DNA of 63,257 bases, filler included, from Octopus bimaculoides (GCF_001194135.2; 7 parts of 7 records of this genome joined end to end with filler, not necessarily neighbours in it); one strand, 5' to 3'. Numbered from the whole stretch's first letter, positions 1 through 14,072 are shown. Made by a program: numbers and translations. Notes: generated by a model not told the origin, from the sequence alone.

Positions 1-260
1 TGGAAAAGTTTCGAAAGAGTCAACCACCAATCTTAGAAGCTGTCCTCGCGTCGGCCTATTTCGATCCAGTTTTGAGTGGCTGCATCACTGCATTGTACAG
101 CGACGTCTTCTCGGTGGTCAAAAGTAATAGCCACCAATCAAAATCGTTTAACATCACATGTTCGCTCTGTCAAGGATGCTCACTCTCGCTCCTTCTGTAT
201 GTGTTGGCTCTCCAGTCGTTGGTATGGAAGATAGATGTTTTGTGGGGCATCCAGCATGAA
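1..260 (+). mobile_element. L1/Tx1-type LINE reverse transcriptase fragment (decayed)
   Basis: Translates, with a frameshift, as K-S-F-E-R-V-N-H...ITALYSDVFSVVK..SKSFNITCSLCQGCSLSLLLYVLALQSL, matching the RT KAFDRV.H and RQGCPLSPLLY..ALEPL motifs. Confidence 0.75.
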
Positions 261-915
261 CTAGAATATATACACAGGGTGCATAAGATATTTGAGGACA
301 GATTTATGTTTATAAAACAAACAAACAGCTATATGATAACAGATAATAACTTTATTTATTAATAGTGTCGGACGTCTCGAAAACCGAAGTGATTGCCCAA
401 TGTACCGCACAGTGAGATTGAACCCGAAACCACGTAACTACAAAACGAGATTCTTAACCACAAAACCATAACCAAAAATAAATAAATAAATAATAAAACG
501 AAAGCAACAGCAACAACACCAACACCACCTGGTGGAAAGTGGGGCGGGGGGAACGCCAAAACCAAACATCTACCTTCCGAACCAACTAACTCCATTAGTT
601 TTCGATAGTTTTGTGAATATTATTTTTCATTATTTCGCTTATTAATATTCGTCGAACAGTAAAAAGCTATTTTCCCTCACAAGATGAAGACTTTTTGATG
701 CATGCATTAAATCTGTTGCTTTTCTGATGACATGCAGTCGTGACGGCCTTTAAAACTGTAAGCACCGTTGGTTCATCTACATTTTCTTATGTAGTATTGT
801 AGCATAATCGCTGTTTTAATTATATACCTTAGCGGGAGATTGAGACAGGTGTAGTTAGATGGATGGATGGATGCATAGGTAGATAGATAGATAGATAGAT
901 AGATAGCAAGTGAGT

Positions 916-946
<31 letters not shown>

Positions 947-1070
947 TAGCAGAAAAATAAATGCATGACTGGATTGATAGGATGAGGGTAAGGCGGTGAA
1001 AGGCAGTGGTGACGGTGGAGGGATTGATTTGGTAATACGGAAGAACGGACAGGTAACACAAATGCACGTG

Positions 1071-1107
<37 letters not shown>

Positions 1108-1888
1108 GTACATTAAAGATAAAGTGAAGTATAGCAAGTTGAACAGATACACAGCCAGCAAAATAGTATATACACATGTGCATAATTTATGTAGATAAAT
1201 GGACATCCACACACACATACACACACACACACATACACACACACACACATGCAAGTAAGCACACAGACACAAAACGATGTGGAAAAAAATAGTACTCGAA
1301 TACGAAATGTAGAGTAATATACTATTTTATTAAAGCTGAAAGAATTGAAGATTTTTTTCCCCTTAGCAGATATCAAAACAAATACATAAACATACATACA
1401 TACATATGTATATATAAATAATATATAAATATATGCATATATACCTACATATATGTATATACCTACATATATATGTATATATACATGCATATATGGGTAC
1501 AGGACATGAAAAAAACGTTAAACACAATGAGAAACGAAAACATAAAACGAACTTTTTTTCGAACAACGAAAAACAAACAAACAGAGAAACGAGACATGCA
1601 ACATAAAGAGTATACCCCTTCTTCAGTTGTCCCTGTTTCATCTACTCCGCGTTTCGAAGGTAAGGACAATACGCGACTTCGTTGAAACAGTCCTTCCCGC
1701 AAAGCAAATTAAATAAATTTTGGGATTTTTTTGCGGAGGGTGAAAGTGTTAACAAGAACAGGACAGTGAGAACAAGACAATAAAATCAAACGGTGAGGGC
1801 TGTTGAGCCAAGATGATAGAAAAATTATTATAAACGCTAGGAGATATATATATAATCAAAATAAGCAACAAGGAAATCCAAAGGTAAT

Positions 1889-1974
1889 GCAGTACGATCG
1901 TTTCATGCGACTCCATTTAATTAAGCAATGTGAACATTGCATCAAATATAAAATGTAGAGCCATCTTCAGCTGC
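1889..1974 (-). ncRNA. Minimal type I hammerhead ribozyme fold 1 (Penelope-like terminal repeat)
   Basis: Minus strand: gtgcag CTGAAGA [degenerate stem II] cat GAAA cgatcg TA ctgcat. Both core boxes are present, stem I is 6 bp and loop III is palindromic. Confidence 0.6.
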
Positions 1975-2113
1975 ACAAAGACATAGAAATTTATAAATTT
2001 AATGAAATTAAATTTGAACAGAAGGACATATTTCTATAATTAAATCTAAACTCTCCAAGTAGAAAGGAGGAATACAAAAAAAACATTTTGACTTAGCCAG
2101 ACCATACAGGCTA

Positions 2114-2169
<56 letters not shown>

Positions 2170-2171
<2 letters not shown>

Positions 2172-2650
2172 GACTTCATTCACATCCTTGCATCAATATC
2201 CGTGGGATCACTAATGACAGAACAGTATTGTTTCTGCAGTACTTCTGCCATTTCTTTAGCAACGGATGAATCAGCGGCGGTCCTACGCTTATTGGCACAT
2301 GAATAAAACGCAGTTTGGTTCTGTTTATTTGTTTTGATCACTCACTGTTTCTCTGCAGCTCTTTGATTTTCAATGCAGGTCTTCATACTGATCTGCAGAT
2401 GATGGTTTTCCAACTCAGACCTTTTCATTGTTGTTCAACGTGAATGCTGTTTGTGGGAGTAGTTTAACTGGTTGAATTTTTTCTTGAAATCAAGTCTTTC
2501 CATGCTCCTGGTGAGTGTTTTTTTCTCTCTCTAGGGAGCCTGTTTCTTTTCATGCCTGTGAATTTCGTAAAAGCGTGCTTTGAGCATGTATAGGTGACAA
2601 TGTTGTCAAAGCGTCGCCATGCAGTTTCAATGTCAGAAGTACTGTGAGTG
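2170..2650 (-). mobile_element. Decayed non-LTR retrotransposon fragment (endonuclease-RT linker region)
   Basis: Minus-strand IETAWRRFDNIVTYTCSKHAF...RKKHSPGAWKDLISRK resembles the LINE post-endonuclease IE..W..F..PW region; multiple stops. Confidence 0.4.
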
Positions 2651-2814
2651 AAGGCCGCAGTCAAATGACTGAAACAAGCAGAAGGGGGAACATAGGAAAG
2701 ATGCGTGGATGACTGCGTAGCAGTTCCATCTGGACTTGTGGCCAGTTATCTGGATGTTTCTTGGCAGAGATGTATCCACGGCTCAAACACTGTTATATCC
2801 AGACGTATGCTATG

Positions 2815-2995
2815 TTCATATTCTTTTCTACTCTAGGCACAAGGCCCGAAATTGGGTGGGGAGGGGGCCAGTTGATTAGATCGACCCCAGTACGCAACTG
2901 GTACTGAATCTATCGACTCCGAGAGGATGGAAGGCAAAGTCAACCTTAGCAGAATTTGAACTCAGAACGTAAAGACTGACGAAATAATGCTATGT
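2815..2995 (-). mobile_element. SINE family B (Deu/Nin-domain type)
   Basis: Contains the reverse complement of gttgactttgccttccatcctctcggagtcgatagattcagtaccagttgcgtactggggtcgat, the same core as the copies listed at 32945. Confidence 0.75.
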
Positions 2996-3049
2996 TCATA
3001 TTTAGAGCTGAAGGGATGTATTGTCATTATGTATGGATACCTGTGAAAG

Positions 3050-3260
3050 CACCTGGCTTAGTGGTTGCAGTATTCGGTTCGCCATCGTAGGGTTGCGAGT
3101 TCGATTCCCGGCAAGGCGTTGTGTCCTTGAGCAAGACATTTTACTTCCCGTTGCTCCAGTCCACTCAGTTGGCAAAAATGAATATTACCTGTATTTCAAG
3201 GGGCCAAGCTTTGTCATACTGAATCTTCCCGAGAACTACATTAAGGGTACACATGTATGT
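3050..3260 (+). mobile_element. SINE family D (tRNA head + CORE-like domain)
   Basis: B-box-like gagttcgattcccgg followed by gtgtccttgagcaagacattttacttcccgttgctccagtccactcagttggcaaaaatga. Related copies at about 29885-30230, 33180-33420 (continuing at 34066-34115), 44360-44480, 57560-57683 (-) and 60620-60960. Confidence 0.7.
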
Positions 3261-3282
3261 ATGTATGCGTATGTATGTATGT

Positions 3283-3319
<37 letters not shown>

Positions 3320-6300
3320 CTTAGATGGCGACCATGTTTTGGATGCATGTATGGAAGGAATGACGGACGGACAGACAAACAGATAAATGAACAATCGTTG
3401 CTATTTTTGTTGCCATAATTATAAACCATCTCTTGTGGTTGCTCTGCTCTGTTCTCATTGTTTTTACAGCTATTATTGCCTTCGTTATTAACGATTGTGG
3501 GTGGCAGGACTCCTGCGAACGCTTTTAATATTAAGAAACTTATTTTAAAAAAAACACAAAATATGGCGGTTTCTATCCCCGAGCTTTGACAGCCGAAGAC
3601 AATTCGAGATTTGCAATCAACTGTTGCAGAAGATTGTGAAATTGGCTCTGCTGCTTTTTCACCTGTGGCATAGAAGCAAAATCATTGGATGTACAGCTGG
3701 AGCAGGCAGCTAGGATGTTGTGTTAGTCTTGCTGCGAAGCACTTTGCAAAGCCTTCAAGCACACGCATACGCACGCACGCGCACGCACACACATATGCAC
3801 ATATATACATACATATTTCCAGGCACACATACGCTCGCACGCACACACATACAGAGACCTCCCCCCCCCACAAAAATAACAATTCTTTGTTTTAATATTT
3901 GTGTGTGTGTGTTTGTGTGTGTCTTTATATTTATGCATATTTATGTATAACGTATGTGTCTGTGTATTTATATTTATGTATGTATAACATACGTGTGTGT
4001 GTGTGCATGCATACACGTATGTGTGTGTGTGCATGTATATATATGTGTATGTGTGTGTTTGTGTATTTATGTATGTGTGTATTATATGGTGGTGGTGGTG
4101 GTGGTGATAGTCATGGCTATTGTAGTAGTGGTGGCAGTGAAATCGGTGGTGTTGATTGTAATGGTAGGATGTGGATGAGGTGAACGGTGTTAGTATCACC
4201 ACCACCACCACCACCACCAAACAGCACTACCAACAACAATACCACCACCATCACCATCATCACTACAACTACTACTACTACATTCACCACTAGTGATGTT
4301 AGTTGTGGCAGTAGTGGTTGTAGTGGTGGTAGTTAGTTGTAGTAGTGATGATGGTGGTTACTGTAGCAGTGACGGTGATGGTACATGTGGTATGGTTAAT
4401 GGTAGTGGTGGTGGTGGCGATGGTGAATGTAGTAGTAGTAGCAGTAGTAGTTGGTGTGTTTACGTCCTTGTAACTTAGCGGTTCGGCAAAACAGACCGAT
4501 AGAACAAGCACCAGGCTTAATTCTATTTTATTTTTTTAATTAAGTACTGGAGTCGATTGTCCGACTAAAATTCTGGAAGGCTGTGCCCCAGCATGGCCGC
4601 AGTCTAATGACAAGTAAAAGATAAGATATATTTGTTGTTTGTATTGTTGCTGATGTTGTTGTTGTTAGTGTTGTCATTGAAGCTTCGTCCCAGGTCAGGC
4701 CTTACCGAACAAACACACACAGACCTATGATCAAAGGCGTTCCAGTTATGACCCCCCCCACCTTTTTAAAACCCGCTATAACACGATTCTCTGGATCAGT
4801 GTTGTTGATGTTCTTGTAGTAGTAGTAGTAGTAGCAATTCCATTGTGGTTTTACTGTTGCTTCCGTTGTTATTAACGATCTTGTTGCTTATAATGATGAC
4901 GATGATGATGATGATGATGACAATGATATGCTGCTGCTGTTGATGAAGAAGATGATGCACTTGCTTGTAATGATGATGATTCATTTGTTGTTGTTGTTGT
5001 TGATGATGATGGTGACGACGATGATGTCGGTGTTGCTGTTGTTGCTGTCAAAAAATGATTTGTTTCTCAGTCATTCACGTTATTTACTCCATTCAATCAA
5101 AGAAAAAAAATGAAAAGAAAAAGAAGAAAAAAAATACCCCCCACACACACATACTGCTCCCCCTTAATTTAAAAAAAAAATAACCAAAGCAAAAACAAAA
5201 GAAGAAGAAGAAGAAAAAGGACGAAGCATGAAAGATATTACAAGTGAATGTTTTTGCGCCGGAGGCGGGAAAATAAAAAGAGTTTTCTCGTTTCTTCATT
5301 CAACGATAATGTTTAATCACCGCCTTATATTTCAAATGTCATCTGCAGAGTTTTGTGTCGCCCATCAGTAGAAGGAGCAGCAGTAGGGAGAGGAAGATAA
5401 AGGAAAGGCGGGAGGAGGAGGGTTGTAGGTTGTACGGACCATTCGCTTGCCAATATTAGATAACAGCATTGTCTGCGTGTCGGTCTGCTCGTCTGACTGT
5501 GCGGTTGTTGGGTGGATTGTGTGCAAGAGGTTTCTTTCTCTCTGTGTGTGTGTTTCTCTATGTGTGATCCATGTCTATATTTCTGTCTGTCTGCCCGCCT
5601 GTCTGTCGGTTATGTTCCGCGAAGGCACTTGGGCTCTAAGTAGAGTATTAGTTTCAAAATGGTAAAGCCATCAGCTCGATTCTTGGACAGGACGGCACGA
5701 TCCCGGAACCAGTAGTATACTTAAGCCACGTACTTCATTTTACGTTGCTCCTGTGTACTCGACTGGAAACAGCACATACCAAATGATTCTGCATCTCTCT
5801 CTCTCTCTCTCTCTGTACATTGTGTGTGTGTGTGTGTGTGTGTGAAAAACATTTTTGCTAGTGTATAGAATAGTATATTGGTAATAATGGTAATAAGGTT
5901 AGTCAGAAGAAATGAAGGAATCGTCCCTTAGTTTATTTCTATACAAGTACAAAAAAGTCATTCAAATTTTCCGAGGAGATGAAATGAAATAAGATAAAAT
6001 GAAGTACAATATTTACGTTATATTTAAGATATTTTTGCCAAGGGTTGAGAACGTTTGTGCCTCTACGATACATGGACTAAAAACTTCTTAAGAGACTACG
6101 AAACTACAATGTTTTCACCAGTTTCCCTCTCCTTATTAGCGAAACGCGAAACCTGTAGACCATCATAATATTATATCTTATAAAATATATTAGAAATATA
6201 TAGTGTGCTTTTCTTTCTTCTGTTATATATATTTTCATTATGTGGAGGCGCAAAATTCTCCAACAGAAGGAATAGCATCCAGGCGTAGCCAAAGAATCCT

Positions 6301-6583
6301 CTCCGTCGATCTTGGATCACCCCCGACCGCTAAGGCTGCCAGAAGAGGCCGTCCCTCCCCCATCCGCCCTCTTCATCCTACAGGCACAAACTTAGAGCAG
6401 ACTCACTCACTCGAGCAACATTCATCCGACTTTCAACTAATTTAGTTCGGGGGGCAGGAACCCTCCCCCACTTCTCTCACCTCCCTTTTGAAATGAAACT
6501 TATAGAAGTCGATGAGAGCTTCGCCGAAGAGGAAAGTGTCTGTCCCCAAACCTCTCACTCAGGTCCACCACACAACCTCTTTC

Positions 6584-6683
6584 NNNNNNNNNNNNNNNNN
6601 NNNNNNNNNNNNNNNNNNNNNNNNNNNTTAATTAATTAANNNNNNNNNNNNNNNNNNNNNNNNNNNNNNNNNNNNNNNNNNNN
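6584..6683. other. Artificial scaffold gap linker N44-TTAATTAATTAA-N44
   Basis: Identical 100-bp blocks at 15679, 31490, 50209, 55599 and 61769. The 12-mer is palindromic and puts stops in all six frames. Confidence 0.95.
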
Positions 6684-7387
6684 GGAATGACCAGCAAAAG
6701 TGGACTCCTATATGCTAGAAATAGATGCCGAATCATCTAACCATGAAAAATATGTTCTCAGTAAAAATTGAGAACATATTTTTCATGGTTAGATGATTCG
6801 GCATCTATTTCTAGCATATAGGAGTCCACTTTTGCTGGTCAGTCCTCTTATTTTTGTATGTAATATAATTTTAATCTTCGGATTTTTTTAATATGCTAGA
6901 CCACTGGTTTTAGTTGATTAATATCAATTTCTACCCTCATTAATAAATTTTACATATATATATATATATGATGGCCATTCACTCATGACTGAGGAAGACC
7001 ATACATTTATATATACACACACACAATATATATACGATCATCATCATCGTTTGTCCATGCTGGTATGGGTTGAGCAGTGTGACCAGAGGTGGCAAGCTGG
7101 GCAGCCACACCAGACTTCTGTCTGATTTAGCATTGTTTCTATGGCTGTATGCCTTTCCTAATGCCAACCACTTTACAGAGTGTGCTAGGAGCTCTTATGT
7201 GGACCTCCACCAGTGCTTTTACGTGGCACCACTCAGGTGCTCTTATGTGGTGATGCAAGGTTACTTTTATGTGGAACTACTATGAGTGCTTTTCACCACC
7301 AGAACCAGTGATATGGTGTTTACATTCCTTGTTGGCATAACAACTTGTGGCTCTGTCCTTTTAATCAGCAGAATAAAAAATTCCTTA

Positions 7388-7704
7388 TTATTGTTATTAT
7401 TATTATTCAGGTCACTGCCTGGAATCGAACTTGGAATTCGTAGCCTGCATTCTTAACCACTATGCCATATGCCCGTGGGCAATTATGGACTGAATTTTAG
7501 GGCTTATAAATCTAATATTTTCCTATCCTTCCTTAATACCGGTTCCCATATGCTGTATACCGGTATTAAGGAAGGATAGGAGATTATTATATTCATAAGT
7601 CCTAAAATTCACTCCATAATTGCCCACAGGCATATGGCATAGTGGTTAAGAGCGTGGGCTACTAACCCCAAGATTCCGAGTTTGATTATTATTCCTGAAT
7701 AATG

Positions 7705-7733
<29 letters not shown>
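7388..7733. mobile_element. Palindromic element with two outward-facing tRNA-derived heads, (AAT)n ends and a 10-bp TSD
   Basis: Arms pair around a 15-nt loop (7544-7558). The right arm has A-box TGGCATAGTGG and loop CTACTAA; the left arm has B-box GTTCGATTCC on the minus strand. Direct repeat aaattcctta at 7378-7387 and 7734-7743. Confidence 0.75.
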
Positions 7734-7737
<4 letters not shown>

Positions 7738-10700
7738 TCCTTACTTGAAAAAATGGATAAGGGTTGACCACAGGAAAGTTATCTGGCCATAAATGTTGTC
7801 TCAAATAAGTCCTTATCCTGTGCATGCAAGCATGATGATCTGTCTCTACACATGAAACCAATTAATTATATTTAAGTAAACTGAAATAAAGTGACTTACA
7901 AATCTTTGCTTCAAACACAAATAATGTCACTGAATTGATTTGAACCAAAGATAAGTTTGAACTTTTATTATGCATTTTTCTGGCTCAACCTGCAGCACCT
8001 CAGTATTGTAATAGATAACAAAAAGTAATGCAATATTCTTGCTGATACCAAAAAGGCATGACCTTTTAAGGAACTTGTTTAATTACTAATTTCTGGGATT
8101 TACAATCATATGCATTGAAACAAGGTATTTACATTTAGATAACAAAAGCCCTGCTATCTCACACCAATATGACCACCAGAAACATCATCCCGTAATCCTC
8201 TAACCATAGAATTATTTGATCAAAGGGGTCTCAATAACATGAGAAGTATTTGACTACTAATCAATATTGAAATTACTTTTTGTTTCAAAGCCAGTGCAAT
8301 AGATGAAAAATTTCTTAATATATGCAAGCTGAATCATTCTGGAAAACTGAAAAAAATTGAAAGGAAAAATGCAAAATCTTTACTTTTTCATATAAAAGAA
8401 AAACTTCTTTTTATTCACTTTTTTGCTTGTATTGATTGAAATATGAAGCTGAAAAATAAATTATATTATGTATCTTTTTCAATTATTTTGTCTGACAGCA
8501 GACAAAAAAGAAAACAAAATTTGAATATTATTTTTTGTGACATTCCTTCTCCCTTTAATAACAGCTTTGTGGAATTTTCTTCACTAAATGGCTCTGATTA
8601 CAAGCACAGTAAACATTTTTCTTAGTGGAATTCTTTGTTTTTCACCATCTTATTTTTACTCAACCAAGTTAATTCTGTAAGTAACATCCGTGCTAGTAAA
8701 TTCATTACATTTACTACACAATTTGATTCCACATCCAAACGCTCACTCTTCATTCAAGCATGCTCTCTCTCTCTCTCTCTCTCTCCCTCTCCAATATTAT
8801 GTACAAACAGTTAACATAGGCAGAAATTTCTCTGTTGCAACTCAATCAACCTGCAAGAAATAGCAACAAAAATCCCTCAGACACAGTCTACTGTCTTAAA
8901 CAATGAAAGAACACACTGGACAACATAATCCCTGGTAAAGAAAAAGAGGAAAAAGTCAAGGATAGAGAGCCTTTGTTCATAGGACTACTCAATCAGAATA
9001 GATTGGAACCTAAGCACTAACTTCTTCCCTTGCTGCAAAACATTATCCTTCCCGAAACTGACAAACACTGTGATCCGGAGTTAGCCAATATCTTGACCAA
9101 ATTCTCAGAAGATTACTGTCAGATAATTCCAATTCAACATGTGCTGGCAAGAAAGTTACCAGTTCACATATATATATATTTATTTATTTATTTATATATT
9201 GTCAGTGCCAGTGACACGTAAGAAGCACCATTTGAATGTGGTCGATACCAGTGCCATTCGACTGGCTCTCATGCTGGTGGCATGTAAAAAGCACCAATTT
9301 ACTATTTTGTTATGTGGGCCCTGCCCAAATCTTATATCAATGTTCATGGGCCATATGGATCCCAATTGAGATCCACCGCCTTAGAGTCACAAAGGATTTT
9401 TTGTTATAGTTTTGGGTCAACCAAACATGTGTGGATTTGGTAGACCGAAACTTTAAGAAGTCTGGTGCATGTGTGCACATGTGTGTATGCATGTAGACAT
9501 GTGTGAATGTGCATGTGTGTGTGTGCACTTGTATGTATTTGTTTCCTTGTCTTGAGATTGCATCCTGGTTTCACCATCATACAAGTAGTGGTGTTCATTT
9601 GAAATCTTTAATGAAATCATGTTCAGCCATTGTGGTATCCATGTTTGAAGGAGTTAGGAGAATATTAGGTTACCTGAAATCAAATGAATGCTGGTGACAA
9701 AAAGACATCTGGCCATGAAAAATCTGACAAGGTTTGAGTCATTTCATATTGGAAGTTGCTGATTCTATGCACTAGTGTTCATATGTGTCATTTGACCTTT
9801 GCTGTTGCCAAATACTTTACAAAGTTCATAATTTAGCGTTGTGAAGTAGTTGGTGATAGAAACCAAACCAAATGATGTGTATGAACCTCGGTCCTTGAGA
9901 GCAGTAATTTGTACTGTGACTAAGCCATTCAACCCATGCCCGCATCAAAAACAGACAAAATATGATGATGGGGATTATGATTATGATGACGATGATGCTG
10001 ATGATGTTGATTATGATGATGATGATAATGACAACAATGATATGCGTATTAAAAGCAAAATCCATTATGGAATTTTAGTCTCAGAATTTCTCTAATAACA
10101 GATAAAATCTAAAATACAAAATTATTTAAATTTTGGTTAAATATTACCATTTAAATAAGCTACAAGCCAGTATTATATTATATTTTATAGCTTACTAAAT
10201 GCTCATTATTATATTTATGGCAAAAATACCTTAATTTCATTCAACTTATCTTCCTTTCTTCCTTTACTTACATTTTACAAACTATTTTGTCTCCACCATT
10301 ATTATAAAGAACGTTTGAATTTAAATAAACAAAAGTAAAGAGACAACGAATATTTCTTTCTTCCCCCATTTTAAATAGTCTTATCTTTTTACTGTATATT
10401 TTCTGATTCTACTCTTAAAAGTAATTTTGATTTGCTTATATATAGGTACAGGCATGGCTGTGTGGTAAGCAGTTTGCTTTCCAGGTTCAGTTCTGTGATG
10501 TGGCACCTTAGGTAAGTGTCTTTTACTATAGCCTCGGAATGGCTAAAGCCTTGTGAGTGGATTTGGTAGGCAGAAAATGAAAGAAGCCTGTCATATGTGT
10601 GCGTGTGTGTGTCTCTTTTTATCTGTGTTTGTCCTCCACCACCTCTTAACAACTGGTGTTGGTGCATTTAGGACCCCATAATTTAGCAGTTCAGTATAGT

Positions 10701-11620
10701 TATAAGTACCAGAGTTAAAAATTAAAATAGCAATGTATATATATATATATATCATACTTAGTGTATATACAATGTGAGAGAGAAAGAGGGTGAGAAAGAG
10801 AGATAGAGTGAATGAGTGGAGTTGTGTGTCATTGACTTACGTTGGCTGGCACGGCAAGTACGAAGCATTTGAGGTGGCAGATGACTGGGGTGTGAAGAAA
10901 TGCAGTCTTTGCAGAGGAACCTAAAAAAACAGTCTTTAGAAAGACAGATTAAAATAGACCAGAAGGAAGGATGGTTTTATTTAAGCACTTTCCCTGCTTT
11001 CAACTACACATGTTAAAACTTAATCTTTACAAGATATTCTACTTTTGTTATTCTTAATTCATCATTTCCTTTTTTTATTTTGATAAAAAACTGGAATATT
11101 TTGAATTTCTCATTCACATAAATGTGTAGATGTTCACTATTTGGAATATCACTAACAAATTATTTGTTTTTTATGAAACCTGAGTTGGTCCATTAATTTT
11201 GTTCCTGTTTCACCTATATAGTTCTCACTGCATTGTGAATGTGTGATGCTGCAAGTGAGAGCTTTTGTTTTGTTCATCTCTATTTGCATTAATCTAAGTG
11301 CTTTCGCATTATCATTTATCTTTTATTTGTTTCAGTCATTTGACCGTGGCCATGCTAGGGCATCACCTTGAAGGGTTTTAGTCGAACAAATTGACCCTAG
11401 GACCTAGCTTTTTTAAGGCTAGTACTTATTCTACCATTTTCGTTTGCTGAACCACTAGGTTACAGGGACACAAACACACCATCACTGGTTGTCTAATGGT
11501 GGTAGGGGACAAACACAGGTACAAAGACACACACGCACACATGCATGCACACAAACACATACATACACACACACATGCATACATATATAAATGATTTAAT
11601 AGACAGTATACATGTTTTTA

Positions 11621-11677
11621 TGTACTACTAATAGTTTCATATGTTGAGAAATACCTCAAACCTATTCATCAGGCACA
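11621..11677 (-). ncRNA. Minimal type I hammerhead ribozyme fold 2
   Basis: Minus strand: tgtgc CTGATGA ataggtttgag gtattt ctcaacatat GAAA ctattag TA gtaca. It lies about 450 bp 3' of the Penelope-like ORF remnant on the same strand. Confidence 0.6.
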
Positions 11678-12119
11678 ACCACATATGATAACGAATTAAA
11701 AATTGAATGAGAGAAGAAACACAAAATGTTGAAAAGGAAGCATATACAAAACATGGAAGGTTAAGAAAATAGAAAATGAAAAACGAAAAGCACGAAAGTA
11801 AGAAGTAAAATGTAAAAAGTAAAAGTATTATTTTCCTTAGACCTTAAATTATAAGGCTGAAAAGATGGAGCACTTTAATGTTTTTGTTGATCTTACCATT
11901 ACAGAACAGTACATTATAAATATGCATACATATATATGATAAGCTTCTTTCAGTTTCTGTCTACCAAATCTACTCACAAGGCTTTGCTCAGCCCAAGGCT
12001 ATAGCAGAAGGCCCTTATCTAAGGTGTCACACAGTGGGAATGAACCTGGAACCATGTGGTTGAGAAGTAAGCTTCTACCACACAGGCATGGTTGCTGGAT
12101 TTTTTATTTTTTTATTTTT

Positions 12120-12650
12120 ACTGTTTCATCACTTCACAAGTCTGACAAAGAAGGTCATCACTTTTTGTAATTTGCATAATATTTTTTTTTCTGATGTGAA
12201 TTTCACTTTTGTTAAAAGTCTTTTAAGATGTGGTGGTTGTCTTCAGCTATGGATAATTTGTCACTCTTTAATTATTTCTTTAAATTTGATGATTGGTGTA
12301 GAACTGGAAGGTATCATTTTGCTATGTTGAAGATGTTGCTTCTGAGTTTGTGGGTGACTACAAATGGAATATTCCTGTTTGTATTCTCCTCCACATTATG
12401 AGAGATTATCCATAAGTCAGGAATTGGGATTTGTTTTAACTTTGGTTATGGTACTATTTACTAAGTTTTGAAAATGTTTGTTTTTAGAGGGATATTTTTT
12501 AGTTTTGTAATACTTACTCCACCTGCTATTAATATTCTTTTGAGGAAGAAAATATGTTTTATAAAATTTGTCAGTAGAATTTTGTGAAATATCAAAAATT
12601 CCCAGATTTTCATCTTTTCTACTTAAAAGTTCTTAAGTAATCTAGAAGAC
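12120..12650 (-). mobile_element. Penelope-like element remnant (RT C-terminus/linker before GIY-YIG)
   Basis: With frameshifts and stops: NIPFVVTHK...LPVLHQSSNLKK...IIHS*RQPPHLKRLLTKVKF...ITKSDDLLCQTCEV, matching the PLE IPFV.T / RQPPNLK.LL / C..C pattern. Confidence 0.7.
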
Positions 12651-13856
12651 ATTAACAAAACTGTATGAATAAAAAATGGATGATAAGGTTATCGTTTATA
12701 TTTTATCTTTTACTTGTTTCAGTCATTAGACTGTGGCCATGCTGGGATATCCCTTTGAAGAATTTTTAGTTGAATGTATTGACCTCTGTACTTATTTTTT
12801 AAAGCCTGGTACTTATTCTATCAGTCTCTTTTGTCAAGGACGTAAACATACCAGCACCAGTTGTCAAGTGGTGGTAGTGGGACAAGCACAAAGACACAAA
12901 AGGCTTTGGTTGGTCTGAGATTATAGTAGAAGACACTTGCCCAAGGTGCCACACAGTGAGACTGAGCCCCAGACCATGTGGTTGGGAAGCAAGCTTCTTA
13001 CCACACAGCTACGCCTATTGAATTTTTATTTATTTACTTTTATTTTGTAAAGGTGTTTCAATTGTCAAGACGTGTGTTTTTAGGTTTCTTTTAAATGAAA
13101 GCACACAAAAAGGTAAGTTTGATTCTTATATATAAATTTGTATTTAAATAACTCTAACCACAAACTGGATAGCAATATTAAGTCATGATTTTTCTTCTGT
13201 GTAAGATATATTGTCAAAGAAATACAAATTTAATTCCAGTGTGGATATTAGAATGAAGTTGCTCTTTCTTTTCCATGAAAATTTTGAACTGTACAGCAAC
13301 TAAAAACAGAAAAGCCCTGCTTTGCTGCCTACAATAAAGAGAAAAGGTATGCACTGTCAGAAAACTGGTTCTAGTAAAAGGGAAAAGTATCAAATACTGA
13401 AGTACAGAAGTCAGAAGTAAGGAAATTCTTTGTACATGAGGAGAGAAAAATAATCCTGTGGCTCCTGTCAAGAGAGTTTAGAACTGTTAGAAATAAGACT
13501 ACTTCAAGAAAGACCAATGCATGGAAGCTCAAAGATATTGGGTTTTTTTTTATCTCTTAATAATGTGTTAAGAATCAGTTGGAAAAGGAAAAATTTAAGA
13601 CCAGTTTGCATGTCTTGACAAAGTATGAGAACTGTGATTCAGTTTCATTTCCACCTCCCAGATTCAATCACAAAGCTTTGGTCTGCCTGAGGCTCTTGAA
13701 GAAAACTTTGCCCAAAGTTCCACACCACTTGCATATATATATATGTGTGTGTGTGTATGTGAATGTGTGTGTATATGTATATATGCATGTGTGTGTATAT
13801 ATGTATATACCTGTGTGTCTGTGTGTGCATTATATATATATATATATATATATATA

Positions 13857-14072
13857 TGAGGGGGTGCTGAAAGTTCCTGTCTTTAACGGTGTTGTGAAAG
13901 GCTTGGCTGAAGGCCCAACCATCTGAGTCTTTTTACAGGGCTTAGAAAAACTGAAGGACCACTGCAGTAAGTGTGTGAATCTCAGGAGGGAATATGTTGA
14001 ATAAAATCATAATGAACTGATCCTCCCATATTTTCTTTTACCCAAAGCCAGGAACTTTTCAGCATCTCTTTG
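13857..14072 (+). mobile_element. Mariner-derived MITE carrying the transposase C-terminus
   Basis: TIRs (c>t)gagggggtgctgaaagttcct...aggaacttttcagcatctctttg flanked by TA. Internal FLQGLEKLKDHCSKCVNLRREYVE* is a mariner C-terminus. Confidence 0.8.

Noticed and set aside
6628-6639. TTAATTAATTAA islands recurring six times inside N runs
   Set aside because: Always centred in N44-12-N44. It is a palindromic six-frame stop linker inserted by the assembly pipeline, not biology.
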